From Lama guanicoe (Eukaryota), in NCBI GenBank assembly GCA_013239625.1, contig MU053594.1:398355-462354 (forward strand): a stretch of 64,000 nucleotides of DNA. The letters run 5' to 3'. Below, piece by piece: positions 24,291-38,520 of the stretch (position 1 is its first letter; the number at the start of each line of letters is the position of its first letter). The position numbers and the translations under genes were made by a program. Below the pieces are notes generated by a model. That model saw only the letters and a program-made list of their open reading frames with translations, ran no database searches and had not been told where the DNA came from.

Positions 24291-26009
24291 TGGGTGAATG
24301 ATGAAACGGGTCTTTCTTGTAAATCCTAGGGAATCCCAGGATAACTCTTGGATATTTGAGCCTCACCCCTGATTGAAAAGTGGCCTAAGGATATTTGAAA
24401 CTAAAGGGCTGTTGATCCAATCAGCACTGGAACCAGAGAAGGCCAGAATCCAAATTTGATGCAAACTGTCTTCTTATACTCAGAAATGTACATACCTAAG
24501 AGTCATTTGGATTTGTGTATGTCAAGTGGACATCCCCCAAAAGTCACTCATAAAAAGGAAAGGAGCTTTCTGGAGAAACTAAGGCTCCTAGAGGACCCTC
24601 TTCTGGGTGAGAAGGTAAGTAAGGTGCTGAAGACGAGGCTGCACCTGGGCAGACTCATTGCCTCAGAAAAAAATGGGAACTGGTTGGGGCTCTGCTGGCA
24701 AACCTGTATATTCTTGTGTTGGTGCGTGCACCTTCTTGCTTGAGTGGCGGCTGTCTCGAGATGCCAGGGCCATGCCAGGGCTGTTTAATTGAGAACCAGA
24801 GACATCTCAGCACAAGCCACATAGCCTCAGGGCGAAGGGCAAGACCAACGTGAAGGAGATGGGGCTCCTCAGTCCTGCAAGCAATCCAGGTGCCTCTGAA
24901 CTTGGCAAAGGGACCATCACCCTTAGTTGTGCTCCTGTGGGAATTGTCAACGGGGTTGGGGTCGATGGTGATTCTTTTTCAACCGATTAAGGGAGTGGGG
25001 AACAAATGGTAGTGAGAGGAACAGGGTGGATATGCAGGGTAATTTCAGCTGATGGGCAGCTTTATGACCAAGACTGAGGCTTCTTCTGGAAGACTGGCAG
25101 AAGTGCTGGAGGAAGACGGTGGGGTGGGGTGGTCAGGCAGGGGGGACAAGCAAAGGAACTTGGGTCACTGTTGTGAAAGGGACTTCATTTGTACCATGGC
25201 CTGGGTAGGTCTTCTGACATTTGGGTTAAAATTTGAGAAATTTATAATGTGATTTTGCATATAGTAAAAGACATATGCTTACCAGCTCTGAGGAGCTGAT
25301 AATTCTCTCCACATATATGCCCCTTTGGGCAGTCCTTGCGCCCAGTCATGCCAGGGATCTTCCTAGATTCAGTGCTGAAAATGCCCAGTTCTGGGCAAAC
25401 CAGGAGAATTGGTCACCCTAACACCCACTCACACTGACTGTTTCTTACCATGACGTTGGGAAGACAGTGCAGACCATACATAGCCTCACGACATAGCAGA
25501 AACAAGAGTATGACTTCCCTTTGGAGTACTAGAAATCTACAAAACAGCAAAGATACATTGTGAAGCACCCTTTCAAATCGTGCACCCAAGGCTGGAAATA
25601 AACACAAGGTTTCCTGTCCTGAGGTGCTGTTCCAGGCCCATGATTCACTTTCACTTGCCAAGGCATATTCTTTAGCTTTTCTATCTGGATTCACAGAAGA
25701 CTAGATTTTCTAGGATGGATGCCACTTTGTAATCCATTTTCCTTAGTAATAAAAGAATCAAGCATATAATTCATGTTATGAGTTTAAAAGCATTTTATAC
25801 AAATGCAATCTAAATCAGATCAACATGTTTTTAGACACATGTGCCTAGATTTTTCATTCTGAAATTAGGGTTAGAATATTACCAAGATAGTCAAATGAGA
25901 CAGGAACTATCCCCTGCAAAATGAGGCAAACAAATATAGAGTGATGAAGGCTAAGGAAGAGAAAAAATTGTACTGACATTTTCCAGAGACTCCTTGGCAG
26001 ACGCTAGTC

Positions 26010-26879
<870 letters not shown>

Positions 26880-29800
26880 TTAGGGGGTGTGTCCAAGATT
26901 GGCTGGGGGAGTGGATTCTTGGGGAGGGTCCATGAGAGGCAAAAAAGTGAGACAGCAAGCCATCAAGATATAGTTGATGAATAAATTCATAAACTTAAGA
27001 GTTAGGGTCACTCCCCACTTCCAAGAAGACAAGAATGATGTTCTGGGGCTATACCTTGATATAATATTTCTAAAGGGCAACATGACTTCACATTTTATAC
27101 TTTCAAATATATGCATATTTTGACCCAGCATCCTGCCTCCAAGAACTTACCTTCATTTACTGTGAATATATACAAAGGTTTATGAAAATATTTATTGAAC
27201 TAGTATTAATAATTGTACATTGCTATGTACAATTTAGGCAGCCATTTTTAATTGAACTTTTAATGATATGAAAAATGTTTTTGACATATTGTTAAGTGAG
27301 AAAAGCAGTGAGCAAACAATATATGGATTATATAGAATGCAATTTCACTTTCACAAAAAACTGCATATATCTGTATATATGTATGTAAGTATGTATCCAT
27401 ATATCATATACCATAAAACATTAACCATGGTTATTGTAGTGGAAGGATTATGGATAGTTTTTATTTTATTGTTTCTACTTGTCTATGTATTTTATACATT
27501 TATAAATTCATAATTTAGTATTTTTGCAAGCAGAAAAAAAAATCCCCCAATCCAAGGAACCTATCCAGACCCAGAATATACCCGGAAGCCTGTCCTCCTC
27601 AGCCTCCCGCTGCTGTTAGGAAAGCAGCTATAAATAGATGGTAGTCATACCAGCTTCCATTCCTATCTGTTGCTGCTGCCAGGAGGCAGGTTCCGACAAG
27701 AAAAGAAATCATTTGCATTAACTGAGTGCAGCTAAATACCAGACTTTTGACTAGATTCTGTATCCTTCTTTATTTTTCACACCACCGATGGGAGATACAT
27801 GTTAGGTAACTTGCCAAGAGCCCCCAGCTGGTAAGCAACAGATCCAACTCCTGAGCCAGGAGGCTCGCCGGTGACATTTCATATTCTTGTCTCCAGGCCA
27901 CAACAGAGATTCCACCTGCCCTGCGCCTATGCACTGATGACATGGCACGTAGATGAGGGTTAATCTTCATGGCAAAACACAGAAGAAAATTGGGATTTCT
28001 TATATTGAAAACATAAATGTTGACTAACGTATTCCCCTATTCATATTTTAACCTACTGATTGCCCTGTGTACACTATGAAGTGAAAGAAGGGTGTGGAAT
28101 ATTCAGCAAAGAGGAAGCATCTGAGAAAGCAGTATCTTGACTTTACCTGAAAGATGCCTCAACACTTAAGAAGCCTGATTAGATTATCAGTCTTGTAGGG
28201 GTGAAGGGAGGTGAGCAGAATCTTCTGGCATGTCCTTTTAAAAAATGTTTTATTACAGAAAATTTCAAATGTATACAAAAGTAGAGCAAATGGTATAAGG
28301 AAATCGCATGCACTGTCACCCAGCGTCAAAAATTATCCACTTACACCAACCTTGTTTCATCCATACCTGTACCCACTGCTCCCCATCCCTCCCTTCACAC
28401 TATCTTGAAGCAAATGGGATGCTCCTTTAAATCGTAGGCTCCTTCTGCTGCTTTTATAACAATCGCATGTTCTAACCAACACAATGGTGAAATATTAGTC
28501 ATCCCTGGAAACACTGTCTGCTTGTACTACATCCCTTTTGATTTGTGTTTGATACTTGGCTTCCTGAATACTGGCATGCCGCAGGTGTGTAAGCCATGAA
28601 AGGTCAGACGCTGCTCCTTGATTATTTGGCTCCTCTTTGGAGCTCTTTCTTGATGATTTGTGAAAATCTGTGAGTTGGGAGATACACACATCAGGATAAA
28701 GTGTGAACTATGAGGGAGATCAGGTTAGTGAGGGAAACCGGAACCCATTCATTTGGTAATTCCTCTTTATTTATTCAAGTGTTCATTCATGCCTGTGTGT
28801 ACTGACTGTGTGTAGCAATCTCACTCCATCCCCTAGAAGAACATTCTTCTCCTTCCTCAGGCTGACTCTGGCTCTTCCCTCTTTCTCTGGAAACTTGAGG
28901 AACAATCTTTAGCTTCTCCAGTGCACAGGGAGAGGTGGAGCTTCCACAGCTGTGTTTGCGCGTATGAATGGATTGGTTTCCTGGAGGAAGATTCCAGAAC
29001 TTCAACCTGGCATCTTCCTTCCATTCTTAGGTCAGATTCCTTCTTACTGTGAAACCTCCCTGATTCAATCAGAGACTGGGTGCTCCTCCTCCAATATTTT
29101 CTCTGCATTTTGTCTCTTCCTCAGAGGTGGATTAAGCTTCAGGGACTTTTCCTTGCACAGGCTCCTTCCAAGGCCTGTATCTAATTTTGTATTTGTTATT
29201 TTATATTCTTTTCCTTAAAGATTCCACCCTCACCTGGTAACTGTATAAGATTTAGGCCCCACAAAATCTGTATCAGTCCCTTATTTACCTCCAAAATAGT
29301 AATGATCATATTTTCCTGAGATTATTTATTTGAGTATTTTGGATTCTTAACCTAGCACAGTATCTGTCATATAGTAGTTGCTCAGTAAATGTGTGATACA
29401 AGTTTTCAGGAATTTCATCTGCAGGTCCTTCTTTCTCACTGGGCATTTATTATCAGTAGCATTTAGAACTCAAAGTGAAACTGACAGGTCTACCAAACAA
29501 GTTGGTTTGGTTTTCTAGGGAGAGGTACTTCCCAAGATATTATGACTTCCTGTCTCAACTCCAGCTTCATTTCCTTTGTTCATGTCACAGGAAGCTGCCC
29601 TGGCCTCACTAGGATAAGCAGATTGTCCCATAGGCACTTAACATCAGCAAGGACCTTAGGGTCAGCATCTACTTGGGGTCAACCCTTGCAAGAGACCTTT
29701 AAAAAAGTTAAAAATAACATTTTAATCAAAGCAGTACATGTTTATTGCAGAAAAACAGAAAAATAAATAGGGAAAGAGAAGGGGAACCCCCCCCAACAAA

Positions 29801-30018
29801 TTCATCACTCAGAAAGATGTATATCCTTCATCTCAATATATGTATTTATTTATCTCTTAAATATTGTGAACACGTAACACATTAAAAATTTAAAAAAAGG
29901 TTTTGATAAAATTGACTTGTAATCTCTGATAGAAAGTGCTAAGTATCTTGTTCTAGTCCACACTGTACTAATGTTATTTATACTTGGGTAATATGAATAG
30001 TATTACATAGATGTAGTA

Positions 30019-30021
<3 letters not shown>

Positions 30022-30056
<35 letters not shown>
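30022..30056. repeat. (AC)17 microsatellite
   Basis: Uninterrupted AC run. Confidence 0.97.
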
Positions 30057-30058
<2 letters not shown>

Positions 30059-30429
30059 TGTAATATAAACCATGCAATATAAAAGGAGTGCAATTATGGG
30101 CAGATTTTTGTTTAAAAATGAGGTGAAGCCATTTCCTTGCACAACTTCAGAGAGCACCATTCGTACAGACTGACGGCCACTGCGGCCCCTGAGAAGGAAT
30201 ATTTAACGAAAAAAAACATCAAGATGGGCTCGTTGGGTTTTCTGGCTAGATAAATTTCACAGGTAAGCGTTTTGAAGTTGAGAAAGGGTTATTAAATGAA
30301 AACATTTCTTCCAGGGAAAAACAGGCGGGAAAGGAAAAGCTACTTGAAAACGGAGACAGGAAAACGCGTCTCTGCACAGTTTGCCAACTACCGGACACCG
30401 TGGAAATTCCACGCTAGGACAGCCGCGGA

Positions 30430-30450
30430 GCCTGCTGGGAGTTGTAGTTC
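30430..30450 (-). promoter_or_regulatory. Extended ZNF143 (SBS/ACTACA) motif
   Basis: Reverse complement reads GAACTACAACTCCCAGCAGGC, matching the ACTACAnnTCCCAG promoter motif. Confidence 0.8.
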
Positions 30451-30592
30451 GGCGCTCGCCTCCCGCGCGGCAGTTTGGGCCCCGCGAGACTTCGTTTCCC
30501 GGCAGGCCGCGCGCCAAGGCCGCCGGCGGGACTGGAGCTGCCGCGCTGGCTACGGGAGAGTGACCCTGTCAGCGTTGGTTCCAGTGGTGGCG

Positions 30593-30697
30593 ATGGCCTC
30601 GTTCGTGACAGAAGTTCTGGCACACTCGGGGAGGCTGGAGAAGGAGGATCTGGGCACTCGGATCAGCCGCCTGACCCGGCGGGTGGAGGAGATCAAG
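30593..30697 (+). CDS. ZW10: ZW10 kinetochore protein exon 1
   Basis: gcg[48 protein letters not shown]. The 16 exons sum to 2340 nt = 779 aa + stop. Confidence 0.96.
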
Positions 30698-31923
30698 GTG
30701 AAGGCGGGGCAGCCGGTGGCTGACTACAAAGGGACGGGAGAGGAGTGGGGCCAACGGCAGCCAGAGTGGGTGCGAGGAGTCGGGTGTGGGAGCTGAGGGG
30801 GAAGAATGAGGAGTGGGAGGTCTGTGGGCTGAGGAGGGCGCTTAGAGGGGAGCCCAGACTGAAGTGGGAGACTGAGGAGGCGAGGGGGCTGGTGCGGTGT
30901 TGGGGAGTGGGGTTAGGTAGGGGAAGGATGGGGACGAGGAGGAGGGCCGAGGAGACGAGCAGAGCAGGGAAGGTGGGACTGGAAGGCCGAGGTGTCTAGG
31001 GAGGCAGCATAGGAGAGGGTAGAAATGAGGGCAGGCTCCCCCCACCCCTCGTCGGCGTGTATTTATCTCCTCCACCTACTCCCTTGTACGATTTGTGGAT
31101 GAATATAATAGCTTTGGGAGGATTACACCAATCTCCTTCCTAGAAATTTTTTTTTTTGTATCGATATTTTCTTAAAGTTTCTCCACCCTAGGCCCTTAAG
31201 GCTATGCTGAGTGTTACAAAACACGTAAATAGCGCTTCTTTGGACCCTCCTATCTTGAGATTGATACAAAAACAAAAGGCACATAGCCACAAGAAGTTTC
31301 ACTTTGTTCTACCATCATCAGGCTGCTATTATTTGCCCTTGTCTTTGTTGCATTCATTTAAAGTGATGTTTACCTGTATAGGTCTGGATTTAAGGGAGCA
31401 AGTCTGGTACTGTACCATAAAAGCACAAAAATAGTTCTCTTTACCAAAATGATTTCCTAAATGTTAAGTATTGACGTCACTGGCATCTCTTTAATACGGC
31501 TTTAGGATTTTTCATTACTTTTTATATAAAGACGGAAAGAAGACAATCAAGCTACTTGAGCATGGCACCCAAGGCTCCTCCCTGTTCTGGACCAAACTTT
31601 GCTTTCACTAGTTGATTTTGCCAACTTGAATCTTCAGCCAGTTGAGAATTACTTTCTGTACTCCAAGCACAACTCCAGTTGTGTTCCTGGAGGACACTAA
31701 CTTTGTTGTCGTATTACATTTCTGTATTCTGATTACTTGTGTATACTGTCTTTCCTACCTAAGAGGAATTTATTTGTGGGCAAGCATAATTTTTTGTGTC
31801 TTCCAAAGCATTGACTAATTCAGTGCAAAGTATTCAATAATTTGTTTATCAAATTAATTTGCATTAACAGAGATAATGGCATTCAAATCAGTTTCGGGTT
31901 TTAAGATTAGGTCTTACAATTTT

Positions 31924-32196
31924 TATTTTTTATTTTTTATTTTATTTTTTTTAACATTTTGAATTGATTTATAGTCATTTTACAATGTTGTGTCAAATTG
32001 CAGTGTAGAGAACAATTTTTCAGTTGTACGTGAACATATATATTCATTGTCACTTTTTTTTCTCTGTGAGCTACCATAAGATCTTGTATATATTTCCCTG
32101 TGCTATACAGTATAATCTTGTTTATCTTTTCTACAATTTTGAAATCCCAGTCTATCTCTTCCCACCCCCCACCCCCTTGGCAACCACGAGTTTATA
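31924..32196 (-). mobile_element. LINE-1 3' UTR fragment
   Basis: Very similar to about 54590-54835; 16-bp TSD taggtcttacaatttt at 31908-31923 and 32197-32212. Confidence 0.9.
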
Positions 32197-32617
32197 TAGG
32201 TCTTACAATTTTATAAGCAAGAAAGCAGAAATTCACAAATTGATTGAAATATACACATTATGGGTTTAATTTATACATTTACTTTTTTTCTGTTAGTGAT
32301 ATGATTAAAATTAGTGGCGATAGTCTTGATATAGTTCAAAATGAGAACTTCTGGCTCTGCCTTTCTCTTTTTCAGTGTTTGCACAAGTCTTGGGCACTGT
32401 TGGGATTTGGTCATTATTTTCTTGCATCCTTAAGTTACGGGACTCTTAATGGTGGGAGAAATGTGCTTTTTGAAGAACCCCATTGGCTTGGAGGGAAAGC
32501 AGATGGGTGTGGGTAGCCAGCAGAAAGGCTCTAACATGGAAGATACCTAACAGAAGACGAGCTATGTAACAGAGTTCCCTACTCATCTCATTGTCATTTT
32601 TGTATCTTATATAATAG

Positions 32618-32752
32618 GGCGAGGTATGCAGTATGATCAGCAAGAAGTACAGTGAATTCCTGCCTAGCATGCAAAGTGCACAGGACCTGGTTACCCAAGT
32701 GGATAAGCTGTCTGATGATATTGACCTGCTGAAATCCAGGATCGAGAGTGAG
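32618..32752 (+). CDS. ZW10: ZW10 exon 2
   Basis: [49 protein letters not shown]; 135 nt. Confidence 0.95.
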
Positions 32753-32928
32753 GTAAGAATAGTTTGTAAGGTAGGTTTATAGGGAGGAAGGTCAGCTTCC
32801 TGATTCTTAAGACAATTCAGTTTTATACAACTTTTAAAGACCTTACTTTCCTTATTGGGGAATGGAAGTTGGATGAGACGATTTTAGGGTAACTTCCAAT
32901 TTTAAAATTCAGATACTTTCTAAAAACA

Positions 32929-33094
32929 GGGGGAGGGTATAGCTCAAGTGGTAGAGTGCATGCTTGGCATGCACAAGGTCCTGGGTTCAATCCCCACTAC
33001 CTCCTCTAAGAGTAAGTAATATACCTAAATGCCTTCCTCCTCCTGCACCACCAAAGAAAAAAACAAAAAACAAAAACCCAAAAAACCAAAGCAA
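32929..33094 (+). mobile_element. tRNA-Ala-derived SINE (Vic-1-like)
   Basis: GGGGGAGGGTATAGCTCAAGTGGTAGAGTGCATGCTTGGCATGCACAAGGTCCTGGGTTCAATCCCC; TSD atactttc(t/c)aaaaaca at 32913-32928 and 33095-33110. Confidence 0.92.
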
Positions 33095-34529
33095 ATACTT
33101 TCCAAAAACATAATTTTAAAAATTTCTTTTTCATGGTAAAAATGTTTTAGCTACAATAATGTCTTACATTTTTAATAGCACTTTATAAATTAAAAAAAAA
33201 TCTCAGGATATTTTAGATATTTTATTGTCCTCATAATAAAATAAAAATAGATGAAGCTTAGAACTGGACCATTTGGCCTTCTCTCCCATTATCTCCTACT
33301 GTAAAATGCTTGTATCTCTTAATGGCCAGCATTCTCTTATACCTGCAGCTGCCCTCAACCTGTTAAAGCTTCAGCACAGTCTTGTCTTTTGGCCTTCTTC
33401 TGGAAACTTGGCTTGGTTCGCCAATCACAACCACTCTACTTCCTGTCATAAAGCCACTTTTCCTGGCCATGTAGAGAATCCCTGCCTGTCTTACACGGTG
33501 TCACTTTGTGGGCCTTGTGCTTGTTATACTTCTTATGGAGAGTCCAGCGGGTGTTAAGAATGTTGACCACATTTGCCAGAGTGCTGTCATCATAAAGAAG
33601 CCAGTCTGGAAACAGGAGTATCCACTTTATAATTTAGAAAATATTTTTCACATATATTATCTCACCAGAATTTTTCCCTTGCAATGTCCTTTTAGGAAAA
33701 ACAGGCAGTTGAAAGAAATCAAGCTGATATTAGAGAATTAAACAGAGTATAATCCTATGTGTCTTCTACCTCTACTTCTAACATGAGCATCCTTGGATGA
33801 GAGGAGGACAGTTTACTATTCACAGCAGTAGCCAGAATGCTAAACATTTTTATACAGTGCCCCGAGCCCAGGCTTCTGCAGGGCAGTGTGCAGTGGACTG
33901 CATGATAGAACTCCTGAGTTAGGGAATCTCAGCCTCTCATAATGCCTGCTTTCTTCTCTGGAGGGAAACACTATTTTTCCAGTGTTCACTACACAAGTGT
34001 TCTTGAAAAGGTAGCCCAGGGCAAAAGACGGTCAGTTGCTTCACTTACAAGACAGTGCAGAAATGTGAGGTACCCCTGAAGAATTGTCTTCCAGCCGTCT
34101 GCAGAGCAGTGGAATTGGCCACTGTTATAGTTTGAGAAGCACGCTCTAAGACTTTGTTGTTGTTTGCATGGTTGAAGTTGGTCTTGCCCCATGTCCAGTT
34201 ATAGCTGGAGGTTAAAGGGCAAAGAGAGGGCACAGAGGGGACACATCCATGTTTTTGAGACTAAGACTTGGAACTGGTACACATCCCTTCGGCTTATATT
34301 CCATTGGTGGGATCTTAGGCACATTGTCCCTCTAGAATGCGTAGCCTAGTCGGGCAGCCATGTGCTGTTACGGGGGGAGAGTGGGAAAATGGATTTTAGA
34401 GGACAGTTTACACATCACTCCATCCATAACATATTTGGAGGTTTGGAAAATGATGTGGACTTGAGACAGTTGCGCTTAGAACTTGAAGCCATGGGAATGG
34501 ATTAAATTGTCCAGAGAGAGTGTACGGGA

Positions 34530-34750
34530 CAGGGTTTTTCAGTCTAGGCACTGTTGATATTTGAGGCTGGGGATTCTTTGCTGTTGGGGGGGCTATCCTG
34601 TGCATTGTAAGTTGTTTAGCAATATCCCTGACCTCAACTCACTAGATGCCAGTAGAACTCCCTCAGTTGTGATAAGCCAAAATGTCTCTACACATTGCCA
34701 AGTGTCCCTGGATGGGGGGGTTAAAAAAAAAGTTTATTTTTTGAGAACTG
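34530..34750. mobile_element. MER20-like hAT MITE, inside an L2-like remnant
   Basis: ggcactgttgatatttgaggctgg...cactagatgccagtag...ttgagaactg; a related partial copy lies at about 46527-46660. Confidence 0.75.
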
Positions 34751-35736
34751 TTGGTTCAGAGTAATAAGAGGGCTAGGCAGAAAGGAATGTCAATATGTGT
34801 GAGGTGATCAGAGGGAAAATGAAGCTCCCAAAAGAAAATGAGAAAGAATGGCCAAAGAACCAGGAGGAAGTTGGGTAGAAATTGGTGTCATAGAACTAAG
34901 CAAAAGGAAGTAACAGTGTACCGAGGAATGGTTATTACTGGTGATGGATGCTTTGGATTTAGCAACAAAAATTTGATCGGCGTTTTTGGCACCAGCTGTT
35001 CTGGAATAGTTTTGGTGGAGTGATGGGGACAGACACCAGATCATGTGGGTTACAGAGTGAATGAAAGGTGAGAGAGTAAAGATGGTGAGTATGGATCACT
35101 CCTGCAAGAAGCTTGAGAGGGAGGAGAGAAATAAGGCAGCTGTTGAGAAATAGGGCAGTTGCTGAGGTGGAGATATTTTCTTAAAGATGGGGGAAATTTT
35201 AACGTTTAAATCTGATGGGAGGAGCCATGCTCTAATAGGTATTCAATCAATATATAATTCGTGAATGAAGAATGAATTAGGGAGAGGTGAAAGACATGAG
35301 AGGAAATAATTGATAGTACCAAGTCTCTGCATGGGGAGACAGAGTGGGAGGTGGAGTCTCATTCAACGTAAGAAAAGCTTTTTATTAGAACTGTTCAGCT
35401 GTAGGATGAATTACCACTTGGCAGTGGGGACACCCTTCTAGTAATCCAGGTGGATGAGCTTTCTGATGAAAGAGAGTTTAAAACCAAGAATAGATGATGA
35501 CAAAAAGATGTTACGTTGTTGGAAACGGGTATTCCTGTGTAGAATAAGGGTTTGGGCTGCGTGGACAACTGAAGGTCTCTTCCTACTGCATTCTGTGATT
35601 TTTATTCCAGTCTTCATCAGCATGTAAATTTCATCATGAATTACAGTCACCTAATAAAGCTTATTGATGTTAATAAATGTTTTATTTCTTAGGTATAGTA
35701 TGGCTTAAAATTACTTGTCTTTGATGTGTGACTTAG

Positions 35737-35838
35737 GTCCGCCGGGATCTTCATGTATCAACTGCTGAATTTACAGACCTGAAGCAACAGTTGGAAAGAG
35801 ACTCAGTAGTCCTAAGTTTGCTTAAACAGCTACAAGAG
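35737..35838 (+). CDS. ZW10: ZW10 exon 3
   Basis: [38 protein letters not shown]; 102 nt. Confidence 0.95.
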
Positions 35839-36030
35839 GTCAGTAAACTCAAACCAAACTTTAGAGTTTTGGTGGTGAGAAAGTGACTTTTTTCCAGTTG
35901 GTCTCAGCATTAAATGGGTATCCTTTGACTATATGGTTTTTTTTCCACATTTTAAAAACAGGTAAGCAGACAGACTTGAAATAATAGTATGTAAAATAAA
36001 ATACCTAAATAACTACACTTCTCTTTTCAG

Positions 36031-36108
36031 TTTTCAACTGCTATTGAAGAATATAATTGTGCATTAGCAGAGAAGAAGTATGTCACTGCTGCTCAGCGTC
36101 TTGAAGAG
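36031..36108 (+). CDS. ZW10: ZW10 exon 4
   Basis: [30 protein letters not shown]; 78 nt. Confidence 0.95.
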
Positions 36109-36260
36109 GTATTAAACACTTTCTCCAAAGCATGAGCAATTAATACTATTCTTGTTTTCAGTAAATTTTGTGTTCCATGTATTCCTTTTTATTATAAAAT
36201 ATATTCTGATTGCCCACAGTCCAGGTGGGATGTTTAACAATGATTCTGTTTCCCTACCAG

Positions 36261-36420
36261 GCACAGAAATGCTTGAAGTTGTTAAAATCCAGAAAATGCT
36301 TTGATTTGAAAATGTTGAAATCTCTCAGTATGGAGCTTACAATACAGAAACAGAACATACTGTATCACCTTGGAGAAGAGTGGCAGAAGCTGATTGTATG
36401 GAAGTTCCCACCATCAAAAG
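36261..36420 (+). CDS. ZW10: ZW10 exon 5
   Basis: [53 protein letters not shown]; 160 nt. Confidence 0.95.
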
Positions 36421-37742
36421 GTGCTGCTGACCTCAGGTGGACTGCTTTGCTTAATCTGCCTGAACCAGTTTGGCCTCTGAATATATTCCAAATGTTTTAT
36501 ATTGGTAGATGAGAAGGTTTCATTTATTAGTCTATCAAGTCTATATTGAGTTCTCATTTTAAGGAAAATGCTTGTTAGGACCAAAATGCTTTTTACTTCT
36601 GTGATATTTCTCTTTCTGTCCCTTCCAGTAGGAAGGAGCAGAGAAGAGGGAAGGTGATTGGGAGGGGTCCACTTGGAGGAGGGGTAGAGAAGAAAGTAGA
36701 GAAGTTAGAGAGGTGGCACTTTAAGACCACACCGTTTCCACTGCGTTGTAGGACGTGCCAGTTCCCAAATCCCTAATCCCAACAGTTTATGTTGTCTAGA
36801 AGGCTTAAAGAAGCTATTCAATCATTCTCTCTCTTGCTAAGGAAAGAAGACAGAGGATCAATGGGATAGGAGTTTGGCCCAATTTTTTTCAGTCCTTGGG
36901 TAAAAATGGTGACAGAATCATGAGAAGGGGGCTGCTTTGCAAGGTGAAGAAATAGGATAACTCTGGCCCTGGCTTTTATTTATACTACTTGGCTCTTAGC
37001 CCTTCTGCCCACCTCTGGGTGTGAGCCCTCTTTGATGTCTTGTTTACACAAAGTAAAACCCCTGAGGGTATATGTAAAGGGCATGCCATTAAACCTGGTA
37101 TATTTTCCAGCACTTAATCTTGAAATTTAGTCTTATTTCAGAGGAAACCTCACAGTCTCCTCTTGCTCCCTTTCTTATGTCCACTTTGGCCCTCAGATAC
37201 ATTATATATGGATGTGTGTTCATAGACACACACACATACACACACGTATACACACATATGTATTTTAGGTATTTTGAAGGAAGGAATCTAGAAAATAATT
37301 AGATGCTATTTCCAAGCAGACTGTAAAATTAAGAGAAGGTGGCAGGTGTGTTCATTCTCTGTTGTAACACACTCTTCCTGTTAAACTTGTCTGGCAGGCT
37401 GTTCTCTTCACTTGGTAAGGGAGGTCTTAATGCAAACTAGGATCTCACTTTTTATTCCTTGACTTTATTCAGCCATTCAGTACATATTGAATTAGCAGTT
37501 ATTGTAAGCACGTCATCATACTTTTGCACTCAGTTTGATTCTTCGAATCTACCAAAAAAAACTAATTTCCTGTTTTAAAGTGATGCCCAGGACATGTATG
37601 TCATAATTAATATTTGGCTGCATTAGAAGTGTATTGTAGTAAAAGCATGTATTTAAGACTCAGGAGACCGTGGGCTCTCAGGAATAGGAATGGGAACATC
37701 CTGTGTTGCTGAGATAGCTGATATTTTTTCCCTTTTTCTTAG

Positions 37743-37895
37743 ATATCAGCAACTTGGAATCTTGCCTACAAACAGAACTTCATTTGTGTACTGAGCAATC
37801 TCAGAAAGAGGAGAAGGGCCCCGTGCCCCCCATCAGCTCTGTCCTCTTGGCATTTTCTCTTCTTGGGGAGCTACATTCCAAGCTTAAGTCATTTG
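37743..37895 (+). CDS. ZW10: ZW10 exon 6
   Basis: (D)[24 protein letters not shown]...[15 protein letters not shown]; 153 nt. Confidence 0.94.
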
Positions 37896-38328
37896 GTAAG
37901 ATAAATGATTGAAGCTTTGTTTCATTTACGTGAAATTTCAGAAGGTCCAGTGTTAAAGGAATGACAGAAAAAATTAACAGATATTCTCTGAATAATATTA
38001 ATGATGGATCATATAGGGTTTGGCTTCATGGTTTATCAAGTGGAATTGTTGTAAATATTACTCTTTTCATTAAGGGCCTAGATCCTTTCCTTTTTTTTTC
38101 TTCTTTTTTTTTTTTGACTAAGTGCCGGTATTTATTTTATTTGGTTTTTTGAATAATTTATATAAAAATCTGTAGACAATCTGGGACGCTTTAGTGGGAA
38201 AACCTGCAGTGCATTGTGGGTGTTGTGTAATGTCATGGTGTATGTATTTTTGTTGTTAGGTGCACAAAACTTTTTTTGTTTGTTTGTTTCTTCTGGTGAT
38301 GTTTGATGAGTCTTCATATAATTTTCAG

Positions 38329-38520
38329 GTCAGATGCTGCTGAAGTATATCCTTAGGCCTCTGGCATCTTGCCCATCCCTTTTTGCTGTGATAGAAAACC
38401 AGCCTAACATCGTTATTATTCGTTTTGAATCTGTGATGACTGACTTGGAACATCCATCGCCATCTGAAGTTTTTGCAAAGATCAGACTGGTACTGGAAGT
38501 GGTCCAGAAACAGCTTCTAG
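38329..38520 (+). CDS. ZW10: ZW10 exon 7
   Basis: (G)[17 protein letters not shown]...[18 protein letters not shown]; 192 nt. Confidence 0.95.

Larger units (their letters stand above)
30360..30800 (+). promoter_or_regulatory. ZW10: CpG-island promoter / first exon region of ZW10
   Basis: Sharp rise in GC and CpG density around the ZW10 ATG compared with AT-rich flanks; boundaries approximate. Confidence 0.85.

Noticed and set aside
32929..33005. tRNA-Ala-like genes here and at about 11030-11100, 14657, 19110 and 22140
   Set aside because: Diverged stems, A-rich tails and TSDs show they are SINE heads, not tRNA genes
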